A DNA stretch of 64,000 nucleotides from an uncultured Clostridia bacterium (GTDB lineage: Bacteria; Bacillota; Clostridia; Christensenellales; UBA1242): contig CAKVMH010000001.1 in the NCBI GenBank assembly GCA_934772045.1, forward strand, positions 234,066 through 298,065. Direction: 5' to 3'. Position 1 is the first letter of the stretch; the number at the start of each line of letters is the position of its first letter. Positions 47,395 to 56,475 of this stretch are shown in pieces. The notes below the pieces were generated by a model, which saw nothing but the letters and a program-made list of their open reading frames with translations, had not been told where the DNA came from and made no database searches. Made by a program: the position numbers and the translations under genes.

Positions 47395-47454
47395 AGTTAT
47401 AAATTTATGTAAGAGTATGTTAAATTTGTTGTGAAAAATTATAAAGGAGGAAAT

Positions 47455-48237
47455 ATGAAACATATAGCAGTAATAACTGGTGCTTCATCTGGCATGGGGC
47501 GTGAATTTGTGCGTCAACTTGACGGCAAGTTTGATGAAATTTGGGGTATTGCCCTAGAGAAAGACGGGCTTGAAAAAGTAAAGGAAGAAATTAAAACACC
47601 TTTTAAACCTTTGGCGTTAGATTTAACAGTTGATGAAAGTTTTACAACTTACTTGAACCTTTTGCAAAGTGAAGAAATTGTTGTAGATTGGCTTGTTAAT
47701 GCTTCAGGCTTTGGTAAATTTGGCAGATACGACGAAATTGATGTTAACACATCTGCAAATATGGTGGACCTAAACTGCAAAGCAACCCTTAAAATGACCG
47801 AACTCACTTTGCCATACATGCAAAAAGGTGGCAGAATTGTGAATATTGCGTCAGTTGCAGGCTTTCAACCTATCCCATACATTGCAACATACGGTGCAAC
47901 AAAGGCATTTGTTATAAGTTACTCTCGCGCACTTAACCAAGAACTTAAACCAAGGGGAATTAAAATCACAACAGTATGCCCGTTCTGGACAAAAACCGCA
48001 TTCTTCGACCGCGCATTAAGGACAAAAGCAAAAAACGAAGTTGTGTCTAAATATGTTGTAATGTACGACCCTAAAAAAGTTGTGGCAACCGCAATTAAAC
48101 ACACCATAAAAGGCAAAGAGATGTCTATTTATGGCTTCATTGCACGTAGTCAGGTGCGTTTGGTGCATTTATTGCCTAAAAAGACAGTTATGAACATTTG
48201 GATAAAGCAACAAAAATTAAACAAAAAATATAAGTAA
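47455..48237 (+). CDS. SDR-family oxidoreductase
   Basis: TGASSGMG and YGATKAF (YxxxK); AAAGGAGG SD. Confidence 0.85.
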   Translation: MKHIAVITGASSGMGREFVRQLDGKFDEIWGIALEKDGLEKVKEEIKTPFKPLALDLTVDESFTTYLNLLQSEEIVVDWLVNASGFGKFGRYDEIDVNTSANMVDLNCKATLKMTELTLPYMQKGGRIVNIASVAGFQPIPYIATYGATKAFVISYSRALNQELKPRGIKITTVCPFWTKTAFFDRALRTKAKNEVVSKYVVMYDPKKVVATAIKHTIKGKEMSIYGFIARSQVRLVHLLPKKTVMNIWIKQQKLNKKYK

Positions 48238-48611
48238 TCATTAAATTAAAAACTTACGTAATTTTAATTAACGAACCAAAAGTTTGTGTAAGTTATTTAA
48301 AAACTTACTTTTAAAATTTGTTTGGATAACTAATTTCTTTCCCTTATGTTAGTAAATCTAGTTTATCGTTAGCGCAAAAAATTGGCAAATTAACCTTGCC
48401 AATTTTTTTATATCAAAACAAACTTTAACAAATTTTATAAATTTAAAATATCATGTGGAAATGGGTAAATTCCATTTTTGAAGCCAATAAAAACTTTAAT
48501 AAACTTTAAAAATGGCAAAATTTTGCCTTGTATAAAATTGCGTTTAAATGTGTGCTTTGTTTTAATGTTAAAACAACACATAATTGAACAAAAAATATAT
48601 GTGGAGATGTT

Positions 48612-49808
48612 ATGTGTATAAAAAATTGCAAATATTTTAACAAGATGTATATTTACAAATATCCATGCCCACCAATTATTGTAAGGGGTGGACCAGTGGG
48701 TCCAACTGGACCAACAGGACCTGCTGGGCAAAACATTGAAGTGCGTTCTACCACAACCTTGCCAGAAACTGAATATGCTGATGTTATATCGACAAAAGAA
48801 GGGTCAACAACTTATTTAGATTTTTTAATTCCGCGTGGTCAAACCGGGACTGCGGAAACCATTTTGGTTGGTAACGTAACAAAAGGTCAACCAAACGAGT
48901 TGCCTGAAGTTGCGGATAGATTCATTGATGATGTCCATTTCCTAGATTTTAAAATTCCGCAAGGTGAACGTGGCTTACAAGGTAAAACAGGGGAAAAGGG
49001 TGAACAAGGTCAAAAAGGTGAAATCGGAAATACTGGTGCAACAGGTCCACAAGGTAAGCAAGGTCCTGCAGGACCACAAGGTGTAAAAGGTGACACTGGT
49101 GAAACTGGGCCTACTGGCCCAACTGGTCCTATTGGCCCACGCGGATTACCGGGTGAAATTGGTATAAGTCAAGTTATAACAATCGACGGAACTGAAACAC
49201 TTGACCCTGGGGAAGACGCTCAAGTTCAAGACGATTTTGACCGAAACATCCACCATTTAACCTTTTATATTCCTAGGGGAGAAACTGGTCCGCGTGGTCC
49301 AACAGGTGAACAGGGATTAATGGGGCCACAAGGTCCTATGGGCCCAGCTGGCGAAACTGGTCCCAAAGGTGATACAGGGCAGGCTGGCGTGGCCGGTCCG
49401 CCAGGACTTACGCCCAACATTAATGCAACAATTTATAATATGAATCAACAGACAATAAATAATAACGCCGCGATTATTTTAAGTAATGTTGAAGTAAATA
49501 ACGGTATGCGTTTGCAAGGAACATCTAGCATTGTTGTGCCATCAACAGGTACTTATTTAATTTCTTTTTCAATCAATAATTCATTAAGTGCATCGGCTGG
49601 AGATTCTGTAGGTGTAGCGGTTAATAATAATTTAATTTCATGTTCAAAACGCCCAATAACTGCTAGCACAAACACAAGTGGCACAATTGTTAAAGTATTA
49701 AACAAAAATGATATTGTTAGTTTATTGCCCACTTTAAGCCAATCTCGCACCATAACCGCATCAGGCGCACCAAGTGCTATGCTTACAATAGTTTTGATTG
49801 CTAATTAA
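48612..49808 (+). CDS. Collagen-like triple-helix repeat protein with a C-terminal globular (BclA/C1q-like) domain
   Basis: Several G-X-Y tracts (GPVGPTGPTGPAG; GERGLQGKTGEKGEQG...; GETGPRGPTGEQG...) are interrupted by three ~50-aa modules ending in a (Y/H)L.F.IP.G..G motif. The ~130-aa non-collagen tail is beta-rich. Confidence 0.75.
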   Translation: MCIKNCKYFNKMYIYKYPCPPIIVRGGPVGPTGPTGPAGQNIEVRSTTTLPETEYADVISTKEGSTTYLDFLIPRGQTGTAETILVGNVTKGQPNELPEVADRFIDDVHFLDFKIPQGERGLQGKTGEKGEQGQKGEIGNTGATGPQGKQGPAGPQGVKGDTGETGPTGPTGPIGPRGLPGEIGISQVITIDGTETLDPGEDAQVQDDFDRNIHHLTFYIPRGETGPRGPTGEQGLMGPQGPMGPAGETGPKGDTGQAGVAGPPGLTPNINATIYNMNQQTINNNAAIILSNVEVNNGMRLQGTSSIVVPSTGTYLISFSINNSLSASAGDSVGVAVNNNLISCSKRPITASTNTSGTIVKVLNKNDIVSLLPTLSQSRTITASGAPSAMLTIVLIAN

Positions 49809-49962
49809 ATACGGACTTACCTGTTTCGCTATATGATAGTTTTTGAAGATTAAAAAAATATATATTTTAATCCGTTTAAAACAGTTTATTGTAACACAAA
49901 AAAATCCACATTGAAAAATGTGGATTCTTGCTTTTTCTTAATTAAAAGCATCAGTTTTTAAT

Positions 49963-51330
49963 TTATACTTCACTGTTTTCAACAGTGCTTTGTTTTGTTT
50001 CGGTTGAAGCTTCACTCGTTTCGTGAGCAACTTCTTCTTCCATATTATTAAGTTTTTCAAAGTTTGTTGTATCAGTGTGTGGGATAACTTTCCAACCGCA
50101 ATTCTTTTGGAATAATGCGACAATATCAATAGGGAATTGAATTAAGATGAAAAGTGGCCAAATAAAGCACATTAAAATCTTTTTCCACCATGGGACATCT
50201 TTAATACGTTTCCTTTCAGCAATGAAGATGATAACAGCATTAACAAAACAACTTATGTAGAACATTAGCATTGACCAACCCATAATTCGTAGCCAATGTA
50301 ACAGTGCAGAATTAAATGCAACGCCGGCCAACGGTGCGAACATGTAGCAAATGAATTGAGCAAGACCGATACCAAAAGTAACCAAACAAATAGGTGTACA
50401 ATTTATGAAGATGTCATATAGTGAAACTTTATTGCGGTGACTGTATTTTGGTGAAAAGAAACTTTTAATTAAGTCTTTAAATCTTGTTGCCAAAACAAGC
50501 AAATGTCCGCGTGACCACCTAACCCTTTGGCGCCACATAATTTTAAATGTGGTTGGTTGTTCATCGTAAAACACTGCATCGTCACAGAATTGAATTTTTG
50601 TGTTATTGATAACTTGGTCTGCGGTAAATTCCCAGTCTTCAGTCAAAGTGACATAAGGCCAACCATTTTCAACAATTTTTGAGTTAACAACATAACCACA
50701 ACCTTGTACACGTGTTGAACAACCTAATGCTGTACGTCCACGGCTTTCCAAACGGCAACCAGACATAAAGTACAAGCCGTACATACCAGAAATCATATTC
50801 GTGCCAAAGTTTTTAGAATTCCTGAAAGATGTTATAACACTTTGCCCACCAGTTGCGTCAAAGGCGTCATTCATTTTTTCAAAATAATCTGCACTTAAAA
50901 TGTTGTCTGCATTGAAAAGAAAGAACCCATCGTAGTTTTGAACGCCATAATCTTTGCGGATTTGGTCAAATAAATATCTAAATGCGTAACCCATTGTACG
51001 TTCGTCAGGGTTGTTATATTCATATACAGTTGCACCGAGCTCCCTTGCAATTTGTGCGGTTTTATCAGTACAATTGTGTGCGATTACAAAGACGTGCAAC
51101 TTATCTTGTGGATATTTATTTTTATAAACACTTTTAATTAAATTACCAACAACGGCCTCTTCATTTCTTGCTGGAATGATAATGCCATATTTGTGTTGAA
51201 CCTTTGCTTTAGGAAATTTCTTCTTAGCAAATAAGCCTACAATTGCAAAAAATGCAAAATGAATTGTAAATAGTGCGACTAATGAATAGATGACACCGAA
51301 AATAATGTCGATAATGCTAACATAATTCAT
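49963..51330 (-). CDS. Membrane-embedded processive GT2 glycosyltransferase
   Basis: N- and C-terminal TM helices; IIPARNEE; QRVRWSRG (QxxRW); GAGAGG SD before the ATG at 51330. Confidence 0.8.
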   Translation of the reverse strand: MNYVSIIDIIFGVIYSLVALFTIHFAFFAIVGLFAKKKFPKAKVQHKYGIIIPARNEEAVVGNLIKSVYKNKYPQDKLHVFVIAHNCTDKTAQIARELGATVYEYNNPDERTMGYAFRYLFDQIRKDYGVQNYDGFFLFNADNILSADYFEKMNDAFDATGGQSVITSFRNSKNFGTNMISGMYGLYFMSGCRLESRGRTALGCSTRVQGCGYVVNSKIVENGWPYVTLTEDWEFTADQVINNTKIQFCDDAVFYDEQPTTFKIMWRQRVRWSRGHLLVLATRFKDLIKSFFSPKYSHRNKVSLYDIFINCTPICLVTFGIGLAQFICYMFAPLAGVAFNSALLHWLRIMGWSMLMFYISCFVNAVIIFIAERKRIKDVPWWKKILMCFIWPLFILIQFPIDIVALFQKNCGWKVIPHTDTTNFEKLNNMEEEVAHETSEASTETKQSTVENSEV

Positions 51331-51391
51331 ATATAACCTCTCTAGCGGAAACAATAATACCACACTTTCAATAAAAAGAAAAGGGGTTTTT

Positions 51392-52477
51392 TCAATTTTG
51401 TAAAAAATTGTGTATAACTTTGGCGATAACTTCGCTTCCATTGTTATATTTTGTTGTCACAGCGTTGTTTAAATAGTTCTGTAAATTGTCGCTTTCAATC
51501 ATATTCTTTAACTCTGCATACAACTTTTTTGGGTTTTCGCATTTTATGCCATAACCATTTTCGGTTATGTACCTATAATTCTGCGCTTCTTGCCCTGGAA
51601 TGTGCCCAGTAACCACAACCGCGGTGCCACTTCTTGTGCCTTCAAGCAACATGTTTGGGCCAGCTTTTGTTAAAAGTATGTGCGCTGAGCTTAAAAGTTC
51701 ATTCATATTGGTGACAAAACCCAAAACCTCAACATTTTTTAAATTGCCTTTTTCTTGTTCAGTTTTGAGGGTGTTAAATAATTTTTCATCTCTACCACAA
51801 ACGAACTTGATATTTACATTGCTTAACTTTGAAGCTTCGCTAGCAAACCTTAAATTCTTTTTTAAATTGATTGATGGGTTTACCATTAAAATGTTAATCG
51901 TGCCATTGACATGTTTTGGTGTGGTTAAAATGTGGATATCCTCCCTAATTGGGAAACCTGATATTACCAATTGCTCCTTTTTAAAACCGAGTTTTAGATA
52001 TTGGTCGTAAACTTGCTCGGTAGGCACAAAACTTACAACAGCACGTTTATCGCGCCAAACCTTAGGTGGATTGATCAAATCAATGACGGCAATCATAAAT
52101 GGAATATTTAACTTGTTCTTTTTAAGCAATTTAGAAACCGCTTTTGTAAACATGCAATGGTCAGATATAATTAAATCTGGTGCATATTCTAAAATTTGTT
52201 TTAACATTTCATTTTTGCAATGATTGTAAATAAATTGGTGCATAATGTTTGGAAAATGTTGTGTAAAAGAATGGCTAATTTTCCAAATGACTGGGTGGTT
52301 AGTGGTTAAAGGAACATAACAGTTTTCCATTTTTTCACCCATTTTACCCATTGTTTTGAAACAATCTAATTGTTTGGTTTCATAGCCCATTTCGCGTAAT
52401 TTATTTTCAATCGCATTAGCGCCTGATTTATGTCCGGTGCCAGTGCGTTCGGACATTAAAATTAAAACTTTTTTCAT
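51392..52477 (-). CDS. MGDG-synthase-family (GT28, UgtP-like) diacylglycerol glycosyltransferase
   Basis: N-terminal ILMSERTGTGHKSGANAI motif; 361 aa. Confidence 0.75.
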   Translation of the reverse strand: MKKVLILMSERTGTGHKSGANAIENKLREMGYETKQLDCFKTMGKMGEKMENCYVPLTTNHPVIWKISHSFTQHFPNIMHQFIYNHCKNEMLKQILEYAPDLIISDHCMFTKAVSKLLKKNKLNIPFMIAVIDLINPPKVWRDKRAVVSFVPTEQVYDQYLKLGFKKEQLVISGFPIREDIHILTTPKHVNGTINILMVNPSINLKKNLRFASEASKLSNVNIKFVCGRDEKLFNTLKTEQEKGNLKNVEVLGFVTNMNELLSSAHILLTKAGPNMLLEGTRSGTAVVVTGHIPGQEAQNYRYITENGYGIKCENPKKLYAELKNMIESDNLQNYLNNAVTTKYNNGSEVIAKVIHNFLQN

Positions 52478-52681
52478 TCGTCCACCCTAAAGCACATTTT
52501 ATTTGCCAATTCTGTGTGCATACATTTTAGCACTTAATAAAAAAAAATTCAACCAAAATACACAATTGGCAAAAATTGTAAATTTAAATTGAACTTTTAA
52601 TGTATTGTTTACAAAAGTTTTGAATTGTAAGGTGGGTTAATTTAGGGTATCACCACAAACAAAATCTAGCTAATATCTTTT

Positions 52682-53362
52682 TTAATTTTTATAATGTATT
52701 TTAACTTGGTCACCTTCAATGTGCTCTGCTAAGATGACGTTTTTAAGGTCGTGCTTGCTTTTAATTTCACAGCAATTAAAAAGCCAGGCAGTGTCCTTAT
52801 TTAAAACAGCCAGCGCACTTTTGTTGACATTTCCGTCAATGATAAGGTAAATGGCAGGCTCGGTTTTAGGTTCGAACTCAGTTTTAATGTCTTCCAAAAT
52901 TGTTTGGCGGTAACGATCTTTTGGTAACACACTTATATCGCCGTTGTTTTCTAAATAAACATACGAAATTTCTTCCAAATCAAAATAACTTTTTGCACGG
53001 CACAAACCTAAAAGGTCGTTTACATCTAATTTGGACTTTTTTAAATTAGCATAATTAATTTTGCCGTTTGTAACCAATTCAATTTGTTTACCTTTAAGCA
53101 ATCTTTTAAAAGGAATTTTTCGCTCTAAAAAATTGATAAGCAAGGTTAAAAACAAAAAAACAACCATGCCAATAATGTAGTGATACCACGGATTTTCATA
53201 GTCAGTGCACCATTGTCCTGCGATGTTGCCAATGGTTATGCCCACAACATAATCCACAACCGTTAACTGCGCAACTTGTTTTTTGCCAAGCATTTTTGCG
53301 ATGATAAATATTGAAATGTATGAAAATACAGAATAAACCACAATGGTTAACCAATTAGGCAT
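52682..53362 (-). CDS. DUF421 (YetF/YdfS-like) membrane protein
   Basis: GKKQVAQLTVVDYVVGITIGNIAG motif region; AGGAGG SD. Confidence 0.7.
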   Translation of the reverse strand: MPNWLTIVVYSVFSYISIFIIAKMLGKKQVAQLTVVDYVVGITIGNIAGQWCTDYENPWYHYIIGMVVFLFLTLLINFLERKIPFKRLLKGKQIELVTNGKINYANLKKSKLDVNDLLGLCRAKSYFDLEEISYVYLENNGDISVLPKDRYRQTILEDIKTEFEPKTEPAIYLIIDGNVNKSALAVLNKDTAWLFNCCEIKSKHDLKNVILAEHIEGDQVKIHYKN

Positions 53363-53623
53363 GCTTACCTCCTAAGCATAGTGTGGTTAAAACGTGGAAA
53401 ATAATTTATTGTTAGCCGAACATTTTTTAATTTAAAAGGAGTTTACACGATGCATTAATTTAAATATGTAATGTAAGTTTAAAAATTGTGGATTAGCAAG
53501 AGATACCAACATGTCTGTTAAAAAGGTTTTTAATTTGCAATTTTTATATTAAAAAAGCAACTTAATAAGTTGCTTAAAATTAATTTCAGTTATTTTAAAG
53601 AAAGAGATTTAATGTTATACTTC

Positions 53624-54175
53624 TTAGTTTTTTGGTTTTGTCTTTTTGTGTTTAGCATTTTGTTTAACGCTATAAAGTTGACCATTATAATATGTTTCAA
53701 TAACATCAAAACCTTCATGCAGGGTAGGCAGGTTATTTTTAATGCGTTTAAAATATAGGTCGATTGTTGTTTCTTTATCTTTGATTTTATGTGAAGCTGA
53801 ATTGTTTGTTTCACGTTTAAGCATTTGGTTTAAGCAGGTTAATTTGTCCACCAACAAAAGTTTACAAACAATTTCTGCACTATGGCGTTTTGCTATCATC
53901 AAAAATTTGTGTCTGCGTCTAGTTGGCATATTGGTATAATCAATCACGCAGTTAATGTTGGCGGATAAATTCCTTTCAAGTTCAGCATACATTTTATTTA
54001 AAATTTTATTTCTAATTTTGTGGTCGTATGGCTTTGTGGAAATTTTTTTAAGTGGCAAGGTTTTGTAAATTTCATCGGCAGAAATAACAATAGTGTTTTT
54101 TTCAAGTTTAAGTTTGTTTGCGCATGTTGTTTTGCCGGCACCAACACAACCTATAAGGATAAATACTTTACTCAT
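53624..54175 (-). CDS. P-loop kinase of the polynucleotide-kinase (AAA_33/PNK-like) type
   Basis: Walker A GCVGAGKTT; ISADEIY (catalytic Asp context); VIDYTNMPTRRRHKF resembles the PNK D-x-T-N plus Arg lid. The ATG at 54175 lies 7 nt after TATAAT, which has TTGACA 16 nt upstream. Confidence 0.6.
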   Translation of the reverse strand: MSKVFILIGCVGAGKTTCANKLKLEKNTIVISADEIYKTLPLKKISTKPYDHKIRNKILNKMYAELERNLSANINCVIDYTNMPTRRRHKFLMIAKRHSAEIVCKLLLVDKLTCLNQMLKRETNNSASHKIKDKETTIDLYFKRIKNNLPTLHEGFDVIETYYNGQLYSVKQNAKHKKTKPKN

Positions 54176-54311
54176 ACTTAATATTATATGAAAAAAGCAC
54201 AAAATGTCAACCATGACAGATTGTGCTTTTATATAATTGTCGTAACCAAGCCCCTAAATTGCCAACTAAGGGTGTAAAAAGTGAAAATTATTAAAACTTC
54301 TAAACTAAAAA

Positions 54312-54656
54312 TTAAATAACATCGGTTTGATTTTCAATAATATTTTTTTTGTCCGTTTCAACAAGCATTTGCAAAAGTTCAGGTGTAAATTTTGTCAAAA
54401 CTTCCGCCCATGAGATGTTGTGCAATTGACCTTTTTCATCACAAACAACAAAAACAATGTTTTGGTCGCTATAATAAATGGTTGAAAATTCTGGCAATGC
54501 TTCATAAATTGCATTTTCGTTAAATTTTTCGTTGCGTAATTTGCGAATGATATTCCTTCCGTAAGGGGTCAAACGCATAAGTGCCAATTTACTTCTGTTG
54601 GATAATTTAAAATAATCTTGCTTAGGCAGAATGATATTTGAACCTTCAATAGTCAT
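54312..54656 (-). CDS. Hypothetical protein (114 aa)
   Basis: Own promoter (TTGACA, 17-nt spacer, TGGTATATT) and GAGG SD. Confidence 0.45.
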   Translation of the reverse strand: MTIEGSNIILPKQDYFKLSNRSKLALMRLTPYGRNIIRKLRNEKFNENAIYEALPEFSTIYYSDQNIVFVVCDEKGQLHNISWAEVLTKFTPELLQMLVETDKKNIIENQTDVI

Positions 54657-54854
54657 TTTTAACCTCGTTTTCGTGAATATACCACGAAAGCGCAAAATTG
54701 TCAATACCCCTATTAAAACGCAACGCTTTAAAAAACGACAGCAAATTGCACAACAGCAAGGTGCAAAACAAAAAATACCACCTTTTATCTGTCAATGAAA
54801 TGGCAAATTAGTTTTTAAATGTGGTATTATAATAAAATTATCAGATTTAAAAGA

Positions 54855-54928
54855 TGGAGCGGGTGATGGGAGTCGAACCCACCTTACAGGCTTGGGAAGC
54901 CCGCGTACTACCGATGTACTACACCCGC
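54855..54928 (-). tRNA. tRNA-Gly(CCC), CCA encoded
   Basis: Acceptor GCGGGTG/CACCCGC, anticodon stem CGGGC/GCCTG with loop TTCCCAA, T-loop TTCGACT. Confidence 0.9.
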
Positions 54929-55004
54929 ACAAAGGTTTACCGACTGCGGATGCACTAACATGCCCGCACAAAAGTTTACTGACTGCGGATGCACGCCCAC
55001 CCGC
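54929..55004 (-). repeat. Two tandem ~38-nt units in the tRNA-Gly leader, each starting with the first nucleotides of the tRNA
   Basis: The minus strand reads GCGGGTGGGCGTGCATCCGCAGTCAGTAAACTTTTGT / GCGGGCATGTTAGTGCATCCGCAGTCGGTAAACCTTTGT / GCGGGTGTAG... (the tRNA). Confidence 0.75.
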
Positions 55005-55134
55005 ATAATATCTTACCGACAAAATTGACTTATTTTGCAGTGTTTACATATTAACACACAAAATCGAAATTAGCAAGCATAAATGTGCAAGTTAAATGAA
55101 AAGCAAAAATTTTTACAAAATATTTAAAAAAACC

Positions 55135-55163
55135 TTGACAATAGAATGTTTTTTAAGTATACT
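55135..55163 (+). promoter_or_regulatory. Promoter of the tRNA-Met/tRNA-Glu unit
   Basis: TTGACA, 17-nt spacer, TATACT, ending 11 nt before the tRNA 5' end. Confidence 0.7.
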
Positions 55164-55174
55164 CTCAAGTATCT

Positions 55175-55250
55175 GGCGGTGTGGCTCAGCGGTTAAAGCA
55201 ATCGGTTCATACCCGATAGATCGGTAGTTCGATTCTACCCACCGCCACCA
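55175..55250 (+). tRNA. tRNA-Met(CAT), elongator-like, CCA encoded
   Basis: GGCGGTG acceptor with a paired 1:72 and no GGG/CCC in the anticodon stem (ATCGG/CCGAT), loop TTCATAC. A lysidine-modified tRNA-Ile2 is not formally excluded. Confidence 0.85.
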
Positions 55251-55536
55251 CACAAAGCAACAGGTTTGTGTCATAGAAGTGGGTAATTTCCCATAAATGA
55301 GGTTTTGAAAAATAAACATAAATCGCGAAGCAACTTGTTTGCAAAACCTTTACATTTAATATTAATTAAATTAGTTTTAAATGTACCGATTAATAGGAAA
55401 CAAAGTAATGAAAAGAAACCACAAGGAAGCGGGTATCCGTTCCGTGGTGTCTTGTCATAAATGTGGGCAATTGCCCATAGATGAAGTTTGCGTAAATTTA
55501 TTTAGCAAACGATAGAGTAGGGCAAATTGCCCACAT

Positions 55537-55611
55537 GGTCCCATGGTCAAGTGGTTAAGACACCGCCCTTTCACGGCGGTATCAGGGGTTCGAGTCCCCT
55601 TGGGACTACCA
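55537..55611 (+). tRNA. tRNA-Glu(TTC), CCA encoded
   Basis: GGTCCCATGGTCAAGTGGTTAAGACA-CCGCC-CTTTCAC-GGCGG... Confidence 0.95.
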
Positions 55612-55619
55612 AAAAAAGA

Positions 55620-55640
55620 GGAGCGTTAGCGCTCCTTTTT
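55620..55640 (+). terminator. Rho-independent terminator after tRNA-Glu
   Basis: GGAGCG-ttag-CGCTCC plus T5. Confidence 0.8.
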
Positions 55641-55821
55641 GTATAGAAAAATCCACCAGATTATATGGTGGATTTTTTACTGCTGTTTTATCTATAAACT
55701 TTATTTGTTCAATTTTTTTACAAACAAAAGCGAACTAAATGTTTATTGCAATTAACAACAAATCAAATTTAAGTAAAAATTATTTTTGTTACATTATTAT
55801 TTTGCATCATTATGTTGCATG

Positions 55822-56364
55822 TTAAAAAGATGTCTTCTTTAGTTCCGATTTTAAAGTGTTTGTTATTTCTTTTATCTTTTTAAAAGTGTCTGGTGTTCGT
55901 AAATTCGCTTTTGCGTAATCAAAAACATTCCTAATTTGTTTTGTTGGGTTACCAAAAAGTTCCTTCATCCAGTCGTGCCTAGGCATAATCCAAACATGTA
56001 AATGACTGGTGGGCTTTTCTTCAAAAATAATGTTATAAAATTTGCAAACACCACAAGTTTTTAATATTTTAACTGTTTCATTTACAAGTTTAAACATTGC
56101 ATTTCTTTCATCATCGGTCAGTTCGCAAAGGTTTTCCACATGTCGTTTTGGTGTTACAACATAAAACCCCGTAATAGGCAATTCCCAATCTTGCGAAAGT
56201 GTAAACATATCATTTTCAAAAGCCATTCCAGCCGGCAAAGAAAATTTGTGGTTCACATAAGCACAACTTAAGCAACCCTCAAATTCCTTTATTTCATTTC
56301 CTGCATAATCAATCACATTCCACCACCCATAACAATGTTTACGACGTGTTAAAACTTCATTCAT
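55822..56364 (-). CDS. HIT-family protein
   Basis: Histidine triad SHLHVWIMPRH. Confidence 0.75.
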   Translation of the reverse strand: MNEVLTRRKHCYGWWNVIDYAGNEIKEFEGCLSCAYVNHKFSLPAGMAFENDMFTLSQDWELPITGFYVVTPKRHVENLCELTDDERNAMFKLVNETVKILKTCGVCKFYNIIFEEKPTSHLHVWIMPRHDWMKELFGNPTKQIRNVFDYAKANLRTPDTFKKIKEITNTLKSELKKTSF

Positions 56365-56475
56365 TTCCTGCCTGGTTATTTAAATAAGCAAGTGCCATGC
56401 CTAATCATAAAACGCGTTCAACGACATTGAATTAAACCGACATTGAATTAACACCCAAACTAAAAGTAAAACTAA

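Noticed and set aside
54929-55004. CRISPR array, considered here and for the tandem repeats at 63600-63700
   Set aside because: There are only 2-3 units, no unique spacers between repeats and no cas genes in the window.
54792-55022. 76-aa ORF on the minus strand
   Set aside because: It overlaps tRNA-Gly(CCC) and its tandem leader repeats, so the reading frame is a by-product of G+C-rich tRNA sequence.
55113-55319. 68-aa ORF on the minus strand
   Set aside because: It is antisense to tRNA-Met and its promoter.
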